Below are positions 12,301 to 25,898 of a stretch of DNA of 64,000 nucleotides, piece by piece. Source of the DNA: Octopus sinensis (lineage: Eukaryota). The notes under the pieces were generated by a model, which was given only the letters and a program-made list of their open reading frames with translations, was not told the DNA's origin and did no database searches. A program made the translations under genes and the position numbers. The stretch is from assembly GCF_006345805.1 (NCBI RefSeq), contig NC_043004.1, positions 31,930,001 to 31,994,000 of the forward strand, given 5' to 3'. Position 1 is the stretch's first letter; every line of letters begins with the position of its first letter.

Positions 12301-12830
12301 AGCTAATAGTGGGTGTTGTGAAGGTATGATGGAGAGGTGAGGCAGACGTTTAAAAACCTTGGTTTTAAATTTATTTAAAGTCTCTTCCCCATTGTTTTGA
12401 AATGCAGGATACAAAAAAGGAAAAAAAAGAAAAGAAATAAAATAAGAAAAGAAAAAGAAAAGATAAATCTCGACAAAAAGGGAGAAATTTCAACTTATGT
12501 GGAGCAGCTATTCTGAAAGTCTGCCACCACAAATTTGTGGAGAATTAATACAGGCTTTTTAATCGGCCTCTCTACTTGAATTATTATTATTTTTTAGAGC
12601 ACAGAAAGATGAAAGATAAAGTTACCTTCAGCAGGATTCGAACTCAGAATGTAAAGGGAAACAACTAAATACTATGTGGCATTTTGTCCAAAACAAATAC
12701 TTCTATAATACATCAGGTAGTTCTATGAACAATAAACAAACCATTTTGTTTTATTACAAGTTATACCTATATATCGAACGATCAACCTATGCTGATAGGT
12801 AGCTAACCAGCCAAATGTTGGAATATTTAC

Positions 12831-12959
12831 CTGAGGTTTCGGTTCATTCTCTTGTGGTTCAGGTTTTACAGAAAAGACGGACACTTTGAAAGCTTGACTT
12901 TTCTGCTTTGTGTCATGGAAACTAGTGTATCTAGATGTCATTCTCCTTATCAAATCCAT
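12831..12959 (-). CDS. Tctex-1 domain protein, coding exon 1 of 4
   Basis: ATG at 12959 with an in-frame stop upstream, 129 nt, donor CAG|gtaaat; MDLIRRMTSRYTSFHDTKQKSQAFKVSVFSVKPEPQENEPKPQ. The four exons (129+94+91+166=480 nt) splice in phase to 159 aa plus stop. Confidence 0.8.
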
Positions 12960-13343
12960 GTTTTTCTTTTTGGTGTTGTTGCTATTGATGCTACTGTTCT
13001 GTTTTAATTAATACTGTTATTATTGGTTTTGTTATTGCAATTGTTATATCCAAATCAGCAAAAGGATCCTTCTTTTCCTTAAAGTTAATCAAAATCCGAC
13101 AGCAAGTGATGTATATGAAGAAGAAAACGTAACATTAATTATAAGAAAATAAAAGAATGGCTGCCAAGAACGCTTCATTTAGGAGTTTTTCAATGGATAA
13201 AGATGAACATACATTGTATGTTGTAGAATATGATTTAGACACGTGCTATGAAGTTAATGTCAAACTCACTGGTAACTGTCAATGTAATTCGATTGCTTAT
13301 CTCAATGAATTTCAGACAATTCCACTTAATCTACTTTTTAATA

Positions 13344-13420
13344 CAGAGTATCCCAACCTTTTTTTGCCTCGAGACACCCTTGCCAAGCCTTTCAGTAATC
13401 CATTGCACCCCTATTAGAAA
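13344..13420 (+). mobile_element. hAT/Charlie-like terminal fragment
   Basis: CAGAGTATCCCAACCTTTTTTTGCC resembles Charlie-type left TIRs; no partner end found. Confidence 0.35.
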
Positions 13421-14229
13421 AACTAATGTGACAGTTGTTTTTTTATTCATCTGTGTAAGAAAACTGTGTACCTGGAATTGATAATAAAAAAATTTCTTTA
13501 TTTCACCAATGTTGATATAATAATCAATAAAATGGATGACAATACAAAAATTAATAGACAACAATACAAAATATAAGATGTTGCGATTTTTTTTTACAGC
13601 ATTAATTGGGCTCAGTGGCCTGAACTCAAAGGCCACCAAGATCCACATGGTATTTCTACCTTCCGATGTTGAAAGAATAAACTACCTGTCAACCTCTTGG
13701 ATCAATTTAATCTATTATTCCCTCCCAAAATGCGTAGCTCCCGTCTGCGTTATCTTAAAAACACATCTTAAAAACAAATTTTTCTTAAATGTTTGTCTAT
13801 CTTTCTTGAAAGCATTTGTGAATCTGTTTGGTTTACGGTCATATTTGTGCTTTACAATATTGGTAATTCTGTCTAAGCTCTGTTTGAGAATTACTCGTTG
13901 ACTTTTATCACAGAAACGCCAAAATCACCACCACCACCACCATCCAGAAATACAAAGCAAAGAGGGAACTTCTACGTGATTGCTTGACCTTCAAGAAATA
14001 GCGGCTAAATCTTTAAATCAAACCGTTCTGTCTTTAATAAGGAAAGGACACATTCAGTAATATAGCCCTAAAAAGATGGGATGATCACAGCTGAGGCTTA
14101 AAAATCCCCATGCCTCTAATGTATGAGCATACTTGAAACGGTGATTTGAGAAAGGAGTGAAGTGGATAGCATGATCACAAAATACCGAAAGTGCAAATTC
14201 TGCTTTGCTGGTTTCACAGACAACATGTG

Positions 14230-15640
14230 AACCTGTGTAGATGGCGGGCAGTAGCCGAGAGATAGGGAAGTCTCATTCGGGGGATCTATAGGACGATGAG
14301 GAAGATGGCGTAGTCAAACATTTCGGGCCCAAATAGATGAGAAGTGCGATGTTTAGGGACATCTGATAGTTTGGTCAATAAAAGAAAGAAAACTGTGCCT
14401 TTAAAAAGACGGGATAGTCACAGCTGGGTTGGTTGCAGTAACTATAACAACGATGAATCAAGGAGGGAGCCTTCATCACGTCGTTTAATCTGCTAGAAAT
14501 AGCATCCAAACCATCCATAAACTACACTATACTACTATAAAGAAAGAAAGGAAATGGTCAGAGGTATGGGTTGAAAAGCGACTTAAGAGGGATGAAGATA
14601 GAATTTGAGGGAAAAAAGGGTATGATTCAAAGTCTCGAGTCAAGTAAAGAGAAGATCCGTGTCCAGGTAGGAAGAGGAAGGGAAAAAAACAGTGATCAGA
14701 GGAAGAGGAAAACAAAGAGTAATCCGAAATGTAGCTAAAGAGTTATAGAAGTAAAAGACTCTCGTGAAATATTCTTAATTCATAGAGAAGATAATGTGGG
14801 GAAAGAGGTTGGGAAAAGAAATGTGATGTGAGAGGGTCAAGATATTTTAAATTTAGAACGGCCGAATTGTTTGACCAGTACTAGTACACATCTTTACTCC
14901 CATTTACAGGTACAAACGTGTACATAACATAAAGACAAGCAAACATGAATATATAGGAGTATATACTCACACACTGACGCCTGTACACATTCTTTCTTAT
15001 ATAGGAGTATTTCAAATAGCACATTCTACATTAAACTATCAGAAAAGAAGACACCGAAGAAAGGAAAAGGAAGGCAGAAATAGGAAGTTGAGGCGTGTAT
15101 TAATGGTAGAGTAGAAGTTCCCGAGTTGAATGAAGCTGAGGCAGTTTTCCTTGAGTTTGCGAAGTCAATTGAGCAATAATATTGGAAAACATTACAGACT
15201 AAGAGGTTGTCTGGAAGTTGCGACCGGGTGAATTAATTGACATACTCTAGGTGTGAGACTCCCCGCTGTTACAGATATTTAGGAACTGGTCACCCAAATA
15301 GCATCTCGTTACGCCTCTGCACATTGAATTATAAAGTTTGCATGCTATACACTACGTTACGTTAAGTTAGATACAGAGGAAGTGGTCGGTAACATTGACC
15401 GTGGACTTGGGGCACCGTAGAATGGACGTTAAATCTTTAAGAAATCCCGTAAATTTTTGTTTCGTTTTGATGAAGAATGAAAGCTCGGGTGAGTTTGGAG
15501 AAGTTACGGTGACCGATTGTAGGAAACGGTCTTTACGAAGGATGGCATGTTAATGAGGAGGCAGGGGATCCGTTCACTAGACAACTGTCCGACAATTAAG
15601 AATTTTAGTGCGAGCATTGGGGGGTGGGGGTGAAACAAGG
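14230..15640 (-). mobile_element. Highly decayed LINE endonuclease-region fragments
   Basis: Weak remnants such as FIQLGNFY and FSTHTSDH resemble AP-endonuclease GDFN and SDH motifs; heavily interrupted. Confidence 0.3.
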
Positions 15641-16047
15641 TAAGGAGAAGAAAAAGAAGAGAAAAGAATGCATTAGGCAGCCTTAGATGAGAACTTGCTG
15701 GGTCAGAATAGAAAGGGCACTTTGCAGTATCAGTTGCAGGAATAGAGGGGCACGTATCAGTAGAGCATTTGATGTCACAAAGTTATGTAAAGGCTTGTCA
15801 ATTAGTAATTTTTTTTTTTCAGAAATCATGCAGCCCATTATAGCAAGTTCCGCAATTAATTTGATACTGTAGGGTGACCACAGCTGAGAGCATAGTCCAA
15901 ATGACTGAGGATGAATGTCTTCCATAAAACCATCATATTTTCTTGGTCCCTTGTTCTGAAAGTTCTCAGAATCCATCCAGAAAGAAACAAGGAGAGAAAA
16001 TAAAGAATGTGTAGTGGCTAGCGATCTATCATGGCGAGTCTATGTAA

Positions 16048-16092
<45 letters not shown>

Positions 16093-16914
16093 CACCCCAC
16101 ACACCCACACACACATGAAATTTGTTGGCTTGATATTTCGAACTTTGATCAAGGTCAAGTTTGAGACATTGAAGTTCTCTATCGCAAACTTTCAGTAGTG
16201 ACACATCACCGATAAGATGTTCGGAGAAGTTTAGGTGCGATTATGGATGTAGAGATGGCTGTGTGATTAAAGATTTCGCTTCGAAATGACGAGGCTTCGG
16301 GTTCAGTTTCAATACGCGTTAGCTTGGAAAAAATTCTCTTCTCCTTGACTTAGGACCCGGTTCTGTCATGAGCCCCAGGAATCATAAGGCTGGAACTTAG
16401 ACCGTATAGATGACTATGATTTCAACACTCCTCTTGCACGTGACACCGGCCTGTCGCAGAGTTTACTTCCCAGCTATTACTGGAACTCATTTACAACCGA
16501 GTGGGATGTAACAACGCAAAATAAATTGTTTTGCTGAACGCACTGGTCTGGGAGTCGAGACCATGATCTCATGATCATGAGTGTAACATCTTAACCACTA
16601 GACATGCATCTGAGCCAACAGCTTGTGAATGTAATTTGTGGCCCCAGTATAGGTGGGGTGAAGAGAGAGAAAGAGAGACAGACAGACAGTGTGGTCGACT
16701 TCACGGGTCCGACGAGGGAATCTTAGATTAAGTTGGGAGAGTATCCACATCAAGTAAACTTTTGGCTCAAGTGTTGAGTAAAATGCTACTCAACACGAAA
16801 CGCAAATATTGATATATTCTCTATGATAACACCGTGTAACACGATTTTTGTCCTTGGGTAGCAACTGTTATTTCTTATTTGCTTACCTCTAGAAAGCATG
16901 AAAATGGCTTATAT

Positions 16915-17195
16915 TACCTTTAAACTTTGTTTTTGTTATATTTATTCTCCCTTTAAAAGCATGGCTATAATGCTCCCTCTGCTCATGATCAGAGATACAC
17001 ATATTATTAGCCACTAAGAAACATGCTCAAGTGTTTAAGGTCAAGCAACTGACATGTAGATCTATGGTATTGAGCAGAATATTTTTCTATGATATTCTGC
17101 TTCAGCCACTCAACGCTGAATCTGTCCGAAATGTAATGGAAAATAGGCCAGTTTAAAAAAATTGATGTCCAGGTCACAAAAGCAAAGTTTGAAGT
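16915..17195 (-). repeat. Dispersed repeat/MITE, second copy at about 28005-28260 (+)
   Basis: Shared AAACTTTGCTTTTGTGA.CTGGACATCAAT and AAATATTCTGCTCA.TA.CA in opposite orientations. Confidence 0.55.
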
Positions 17196-17599
17196 AATTT
17201 CCTTTGATTTCTAGATAGAGGTAAATAGGAATTAACACGTACTACACCAAAGACAAATAAATAAATAAATAAACAAATAAATAAAAAATTTGCTATGCAA
17301 TGTGATTTGAGGATTGTTCCGTTTTGGCTTAATACTTCATAATAGGCAATACCCTTCATACCCAACAAAACTCAAAGCAAATCCCTTTTTGGTGCAGTCC
17401 TAGTTTGAAGATGGATTCTCCCTTTTCATTGAATGCTTGTCATTGTCGTTGGCTATGATTATAGTGAGCTCACTTTTCATCACTTGAGCCGGGTCTACCT
17501 AAGAAAGGTCGATAGCAAGTCTTACTCTTCAAGAACAAGCAGAACGCAAGTCTTTGATCAAGTTCAAAAGTAGTCAGATAATGAAGACTCTGTTGCGGT

Positions 17600-17975
17600 T
17601 TGTTAGTCTTTTACTTGTTTCAGACATTTGACTGCGGCCTTACTGGAGCATCACCTTTTAGTCGAAGAAATCGACCCATGGACTTATTCTTTATAAGTCT
17701 GGTACTTATTTTATAGGTCCTTTTTGCCGAACCGCTACGTTACGGGGACGTAAACACAGGCGATAGTGAGGAGGACAAACATAGACACAAAACACACACA
17801 CACACACATATATACGCGACAGGATTCTTTCAGTTTCCATCTACCAAATCCACTCACAAGGCTTTGATCGGGCCGAAGCTATAGAAGACACTTGCCCAAG
17901 GTGGCACGCAATGGGACTGAACCCGGATCTATGTGGTTGGAAAGCAAGATTCTTACCACATAGCCACGCCGGCGT
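17600..17975 (-). mobile_element. SINE family A copy
   Basis: Full head-body-tail in reverse complement. Confidence 0.8.
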
Positions 17976-18219
17976 CTATCATTGTCAAAGTTGATGTTGT
18001 AACTATAATAGTTTGAAATAAAGCTGGCTGCGTATATTACAACAAAAGCCAACCCGGGAACATTTAGCAATATTAAAGGAAGGCTAAGTATATATATTAG
18101 TACATACATAAATTATTGGATCCTCACTGGTAACGAAACCAGGATGTAGGGATTGACTTAACTGTAATTGCTCGGCAATTTGTTATCTAGAAAGCAAGAG
18201 ACAAAAAAGATATGAGTCA

Positions 18220-18720
18220 ACCGAAATTTGTTAAGATTCCTCTCTTGGTTTGCGTCGCGGGAGCCGAGGTCTGTCTTGCTTGAAATGCCAAGAGCGCTCT
18301 ACCATGATTTAGTTTAGAAAACTGCTCAACTAATGAAAAAAGGGCGCGAATCTCAAGAATACATTTATGATAGCAAATTTGTGTTTGAGGTTCAAATTCC
18401 AATAGACACTTTTCCTAGTTCATGGAAGCGTTTTATGATCGAAATGTGACTTGAACTGAACTTTGCTAATTCTTGTGCGGTTTGCTGGGGATTTTCCCCA
18501 ACAACGATTTTCAAAAGCTCAGTATTAACAGAAGTTGGTCGTCCAGATTGAGGCGAATTTGCGAGAGAAAAATTATTCCCTGTCCGGACACTTAAAGCTT
18601 CATTTTCATAGGCAAAAGAAATATTTCTTGCCGCTTTCATTGCTACAGAAACCTTTTTGAGTTAATGCAGCATGCAGTGTCTGATATGAACTAATTTTAA
18701 CAAGGTAAAATCGATACGAA
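18220..18720 (-). mobile_element. Degenerate mariner transposase fragment
   Basis: KAARNISFAYENEALSVRT...SPQSGRPTSVNTELLKIVVGENPQQTAQELA, a mariner HTH region with stops and frameshifts. Confidence 0.7.
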
Positions 18721-19373
18721 TGTAACCACTATGATACAAACTAATCTCCAAAGAAAGATAAAAACCCATTAGAGTGTAAAGTATTTAAAAAGTGATCATG
18801 TCAAAAACGAGACAGGATCTTTTTTTTCCCAATATAATATTCTATTTTTATATTTATTTGTTAAAAGCGTTCGTAATTCGATATTTGTGTAAACAATATG
18901 TTTATTAAATAAAATATATTTTTGGTTAACCAGGGATTGAACGGTGAATGCATATTTTTTTCATTTTCAGAAACAAATCGAGAGTACCAGTTGACCATTG
19001 GAGTCGACGTACTCCACTTGCCTCCTCCCCCGAAATTACTGGCCTTGTGCCAAAATTTGAAACCAATGTATCATGAGAGTTACTACTTTCCCTAACTAAA
19101 TGAGGCTCACACACACACACACAAACACACACCCGCACGCGCGCACACACACACACACACACACAAACACACCCGCACGCACACACACACACACCATTTT
19201 TAGAAAAGCATGAACCCGGAGAAGAAGCACACTCTAAGAAGTAGAGCGGTCAATAAATTTTTCTGGTGAAGGCCGGTTTATGGGGTTACCCTGAGTTTCA
19301 CGTCCATAAAGGGTTTAACTTTATGGCGTATCGTCAGACCCCAAAACTTGATGGCCTAAGACCTCTTTACAGA

Positions 19374-19412
<39 letters not shown>

Positions 19413-21023
19413 GATATATACATATGTATGAGTATACACACAGACATGATGGGCTTCTATACAGTTTCCATCCACTAAATTCCACTCGTGGTTTTGGTCA
19501 CCTCAACGCTATGGTGGAAAATACTCGACCAAAATATTGTATAGTGGGATTTGTACCTTATACTACAATCATAACAGAACAAAACTAACCATACAGTATT
19601 GCCCACATACATATTTGACTGACAATGTACTTTATTGACCCCAGAAGGATGAAGGTAATGGCAGGTCTCAGACAATTTTGAACTCAGAATAGAAAGGGCC
19701 TTAAACAAATTCTGCAAGGAATTATCCGATGCCTTAACAATTCTGCAAATACAACATTGTTTCATCGGGGCTGTTGACATGAATGGTCAGTTCCGGCGAT
19801 TTTTCCTTGCAATTAGATGAGGATTTCTAACTTTTGTAGAAGGCTACAAATTTGTATGAGTGGAACATATATTACGTTACATCAACACTCATACGACTGC
19901 TTAGTTTATCGATACCGAAGAAATAAACGAAGTCTTAAGTTGCCTGTAAATAATTCCTTTCACATCTAAGATGACTTACAGAAATATTACAAAGTTAACC
20001 AGTACTTTATTTTATCGAGCCAGTGTTACGTGCATAGGTGACCACGAGTAAGATTTGAACGCACAATATAAAGGGCCGTAACTAAATACAGCATGAATTT
20101 TGTATATGCCAATCCATCGGATATGGCGGGATTTGATTGTGCTTAAATAATAATGATTGCTTACGTTGTTACTAGGCCATGAATATTTACGAAATCTTAT
20201 ACACCCGAATCAGCTGAACTGATTATAGTTCATTAATGTCATTTATTTTATCAAGAGCCAGAGAAATGCAAAGAAAAAGTAGCTGGATATAGTAAAAATC
20301 AACGCTAAAAAGAGTTATCTGTCCTTGGTAATAAAGACAATAACATTGATCAAGCGAGAAGTTTCATCGTCGTGCTAAAAGAGGGCGCTTTGATAGAGCC
20401 GAGCAAAGCTAAGCGTGTTCATGAGATTTCCTGAATGGTTTATGAATCAGTTGTGTGTAATTAGCCATAAAGTTAGCGGCGACAACAGTTGTAGTACTGG
20501 TAGTATTAGTAAAAATCGTCTGAAACAGGAGGGGTGTTATTATTATAAACTCTTTTCATCTTTCATAACTCTAACATAGTCCTGAATGAATAGTTGGTTA
20601 GCCTCCCTCACTTCCCTATCTGATAGCAGGAGTAACAATACAAATAATAATAATAACAGTCAATAGCGTCAGTAATAAATATCTTCTCAGTAATCACTTC
20701 GCAACGATTCCCCGTAAATAAAACTGAAACCCCGTTAGAATACCTACCTCCTCCTACTAACCAAGAAGAAAATCAGCAGCAGTAGTGGCAATATTACGAA
20801 CCAGTAGTAGCAGCAGTTTTGGTGACGAGTGGGGAATAACGGACGAAAAATCTAGCCGTCATCACCTGTCAATAAGAAAAGCACCCCTGCCTATAAGCAC
20901 GACACATCTTGCAGATTCTTCGTCCTCTGCTCTGCCATTTTTTCAATCCTCATCTCCGTTTCGTTGTTTTAAGTTTTTCCTCCCCATTTAATCACCACGG
21001 ATCTCTCAACGCTAACCAACATC

Positions 21024-21153
21024 ATGGATCCTCAGACATTCTTGAACATCGCTCAAACGGTCACCAAACTGAAAATGTACCCGTACTTCGACATAGCACA
21101 TTACACGATGATGTGCTTGTCTGTTCGCGAGGACACCCCAAACCAGGATTCAG
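21024..21153 (+). CDS. TMEM38: Trimeric intracellular cation channel (TRIC), coding exon 1
   Basis: MDPQTFLNIAQTVTKLKMYPYFDIAHYTMMCLSVREDTPNQDS, donor CAG|gtaagg, 130 nt, phase 1; matches the invertebrate TRIC N-terminal pattern (recalled, not searched). Confidence 0.9.
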
Positions 21154-21739
21154 GTAAGGACTGTGTGTGTGTGTGTATATATATAGCAAATAATTATTTT
21201 GTCACAACTTATATAGTTTATTAAATTTTTTAAAATTTAAATCTTGATGAAATAATTTTTAGTCCATTATGATGAAAAACGTGGTTATGGTGGGAACCGA
21301 ACATGATTGCTTAAGCATAAGGCTAATTAATTTCTTGTGATAAATACCGACTTATTCGACTCAATATGCACCACTGATGCTCATTTTACCGATCTCATTT
21401 GACATTCAGAGCAAGTCTATAATAATAATAGCTGACATGCTGTGAAAATTTAAGACTAGTTTCTCTTTCAGTTTCAAAAATCAGTGGGGGAGTGTGAGGT
21501 GGTTTTAATGAGGAATTTTTATTCATAGTATTTTTTTGCAGCGCTTTCAAATTAATGTGATTTCAATTAATTATAATAGTTATGACATTAATTGCGACTT
21601 AGAGCGTGTGTTTAATATCTGTTTTGTTTCAGAGAGATTTCTCAGGTGTTCCTGAATTTCTTTGCCTGTTTCAATTATATAATAACGTGTGTGTGTATAT
21701 GTGAGGATATATGTGTGGATATATGTGTATATGTGTGGA

Positions 21740-21785
<46 letters not shown>

Positions 21786-22461
21786 CTTCATTATATTCAA
21801 GCTGGCAAGGAGTGAGCTGGATAAGTAGAACCTTCGAAGAGAGTGCCTTCTATCACATTACGTTCTGATTTCGAATCACACTGAAGTCGATGTTGCCCGA
21901 AAATAATAATTTTCTCTCTCTCTATATATATATATTAGTACAATCTAGTTCTATAATAAATCTAATTGCAGCTTTATGCCTAAAAGTAGTAATGACTGCG
22001 TGATGGTGTTTAGGCTCCGTGGTGGCAGAATCGTTAGTATGCCGGATAAAATGCGAGGCGGGGTTTCGTACGTCTTTACAATTTGAGTTCAAATTCCACC
22101 GATATCGAATTTGCTTTTCAGTCAAATTCTAGGGTCGATGAAATCGTCTACCCCCCCCCTCACTCGATTTCGGGTCAAGAACAATATATATGTATTTTCT
22201 AATATACAAAACCCGTGTTCAAAAAAATCTACCACACGCATTTTAAGGTATATTTACCGTGTTCATATGTATGCAGTTTATGTAAGTTTACAATGAGTGT
22301 GTGTGTGCGTGCATGCATGAGTTTTATGTATTTCGAGATATTTTGATATATTTTCTCTTTTTTTTTTTTTTTTTTCTCGGAAAATAATTCATTTTACTCT
22401 TTTCCATTCTGCTTCAAGTGTCTCAGTATTCTTTCGTAGAATCTTTATTGTGCTTCTCCCA

Positions 22462-22507
<46 letters not shown>

Positions 22508-22734
22508 TATATCGTTGCTATTATTGTCGTAGGTCCAAAACGTTGCTTTTCCAGAAAGCGAAAAAATAGTTTCACCATTCCATAACAAAATCGTTATGTA
22601 CTACACTTTGGCAAATTTTGATATCTTGGCATCTAAAGTAGCTGGTGATACGATAGTTAAACCAAAAGAACCGGCTATTGCAAGCAAAAATAAATGAAAA
22701 AAATTGGACATACGATAGTTTAACATAAAAGCAA

Positions 22735-22771
<37 letters not shown>

Positions 22772-25507
22772 TTTTTCCTGTTTCGTTTTTTTTATTCTCC
22801 CAACATTCGTTCTGTTTCAAAATGAAAAAGAGCAAAAGAAGAAAAATTCTGACATTTCTTTAATATCAAACTCAACGGACATCTTAAGACGTTTCGTGTA
22901 ACATTATATATATATGTATATTATATATACCCAAGCACTCCATGCACAATCATCTCCCTCCTGTGTGTAAAGAGAGAGGAACCTTTTTTGGGCATCTTGT
23001 TCACGAAAATTCTGTTTATCATCTACTTGTTTCGGGGGGAAACCTTTTCATACAAGTGACGTATATCTGCTGCTCTGTGTGTATATGTGTATGTATGTAT
23101 TTTGGTAATATGTAAACGAGAGGAAAATCTTAAGACGACAAAGAATACTGCTAATCATACTGGCCTTTTCTATATAAGAATTTCGAATTATTCCTTGAAA
23201 TAAACTGAATTCTCATAGGGTTACGATGTTTTATTTACTTCAAATATATGTCAAGGTACAAGGAATAGACATTCTTTTACTTGGAGTGTTTGTGTAATTA
23301 CACTCACCCGTCTGACTTACACAAAATATACCCTGCCATGCTTTACGTTAAGATGCTTCATATACAAGTTTACAGTAGCCACCCTGCATCCATTTACACT
23401 AATATAGATTCACTTATATATATATGTGGGTTTTGGTCCGACAGTACACTACTGCTAGGTAGATTTAATACAAAATGAGTGTTACATAGCAGCAGAAAAA
23501 CTTTCCATTATCTCTCTTCTTCGTCTGATATCATCTTTCACCAACAAGCATACACGTCACAATTTTACCATTTTGTAAAACATCTAAAATTTCCAGCACA
23601 TGGAGACCGTTATTAATACTACTGTATTTATCAAAACCTTTACTATAACAATGATAAAATCGATCATCTATGTTGATCAAAATCAATTTGATAATCGAAT
23701 ATTCCAAAGAACTTGTTGAAAAACATTTAACAACTATGATTTGCGATATTAATGTATTAAAATGTCTGCTGGTAGAAATAATAGAACTTAATAAGAAAAA
23801 TATTTTTCTGGCAAAGCAAATTGTTAAATTCTGTACGAATATATTCTGCAGTATATTGTTGCTATTTATTGTAAGTCGATCCCATCTGCTTTATTTGAAA
23901 TAACGAAGTACATGAGTATAGGAACACCCATCTCCCGCGTCAACTAGAGGAAAATCTATATACTAAAAACAGCAACCAGACTCCCTTAAATATACACCCT
24001 ATCATTTTCAGAAAAAGTTGTAATGTTCATAGTTGTAACGTCTTTAACGATATACTTACTCAAACAGAACAGATCGGGTATTTAATACCCGACCCGATCT
24101 GTTTGCAAATCTACTGACTGTTCCATCACCCGTTCCGTTCTGACTCACTTGAATGATATCAATGCTATATTGGGCTATCTGACGATACTAGTTATTGTAC
24201 CTTGTAATTTCAGTGTTAAGTGTCTAGAGTTCGACCCCACGTTGGAATCATTTCACTTCCCTCTGCCTCAGAGAAATGCATGAACGTCACAAAATTTTAT
24301 TAATTTGTTTCCCGTTTGTTTTGAATGAAACCTTGGTGCTTGTATAAAGAACAATAAAAGAGAAGCTGTGGTAATTTCTTTTGACTAATTACAATGCCAA
24401 TCTTGTTTAGCTAAGTTCAACCACCATATCTTTTGGCATTTATTTAAATCGAACCACCCGGGAGGATTTTATCTTTGGATACCGACAGTATAAAGCATTT
24501 AACTTGTCTTTACCCCAAGAGCAACAAGAGCAGCAGCAACAGTAACTTCAAAATGTCACACTAATAACTAGAAACCTCAGCATCTTTGTATGGCCAGTCT
24601 ATCTCCTTCCCACTCATACCTTTTGCCTCTTCATTTTTTTCCGTTAATTTCAAAGCTCCTTTCTCCATCCGTCTTTCTTTGTTGTATGAAAAGAATCGTT
24701 CATTCTATTATATAGCAGCTATAATAGTATCTGTAGCAGCAATGGTGGTGGTAGTGGGGTTGTTTCAGTAACACACACATTATGCGTATATAATTATATT
24801 TCATATATACAGTACGTGAGTGATCATAAATTATATACACGCACACGTATTTAATCACATACAATGTATAAAACGTGTGTGTGTACAGTCACGGACTAGA
24901 GAGGAATTTTTTCAAGGGCTACAAAATATTTTCAGAATATACATTTTCTGGGATCCCAAAGAATGCCCCTACATCCCTTCATTCATTGATTCAGATGTAC
25001 GTGTGTCTGTATATTTTGGTATGTGTGTGTCTTGGACACGTGTATAATTTTATATATATATATTTATTACATTCACATATCAGAGACACAGAAAGAAACA
25101 TCATACACACATTCGCATAGATGTTCTCTGCTGCTGCTCTTTGTTCCACATCCAGCTGCTGTGTGTCAAGAAGGGAGAGGGAGTCAAACTGACGCTGGAT
25201 AATTAATACATGATGCTTTTCTTGTATGATGGGGAGAGGGAAAGCCTTGTGTATTATCTGTTTTCTTTCATCCAAGTTTCATTGTTCGAAGACTTCGCCT
25301 GTATAAATCTTAACTGCTTGTATCGGCATGTATGGAATAGCGCCTGTTGGTATGTAGTGGCTCATTTGAGACTACATTCCTCTTGCAATGCCTTCATATT
25401 CATGCAGAAAAGGGAATATTGTTCCCCCCCCCCCGAACCCCACTGCAATTTAGAATGTTGGGAATAAAGGAACAGATTAGTTGAGAAGAATGCAACACAA
25501 ACGAGGC

Positions 25508-25898
25508 CATACCCACACATGTGTCCTATCCCGGGCATACCCACACATGTGTCCTATCCCGGGCATACCCACACATGTGTCCTATCCCGACTGTCTTCAT
25601 AACTTTCAGAAAAATATATATTTTTGATTAATTTTTTGTTTTACAAATACCTTTCAGATGGCGTAGATTATGATTATATCGGAATTTAATGTAAAAAAAA
25701 AAGGGGGGGGGGCTTTTGGGTGCGCATACATGTTGATACATGACATCTACAAAATGAAACTTGAAAAAAAAATAATCAATATGTGTGTGCATCAAATATA
25801 ATCGTAATCAACACCATCTGAAAGGTATTTGTAGAAAATTTCATTAAAAGACACCTATTTTTCTGAAAGTTATGAAATGGGACACTTGTGTAGGTATG
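25508..25898. mobile_element. Unclassified MITE with long imperfect TIRs; left 28-bp terminus present three times in tandem
   Basis: Unit CATACCCACACATGTGTCCTATCCCGGG x3 (third truncated). The right end GGGACACTTGTGTAGGTATG and the inner CATAACTTTCAGAAAAATA...TACAAATACCTTTCAGATGG segments are inverted copies. Confidence 0.7.

Noticed and set aside
13536-13901. 121-aa ORF and overlapping antisense ORF
   Set aside because: AT-rich composition bias, no recognisable domain.
23023-23058. Fourth hammerhead-like string on the - strand (TGTATGA...CGAAAC)
   Set aside because: CUGANGA core broken and stem II mismatched; too degenerate to call.
25508-25589. CRISPR-like 28-bp direct repeats
   Set aside because: No spacers, eukaryotic context, no cas genes; it is a tandem of a MITE terminus.
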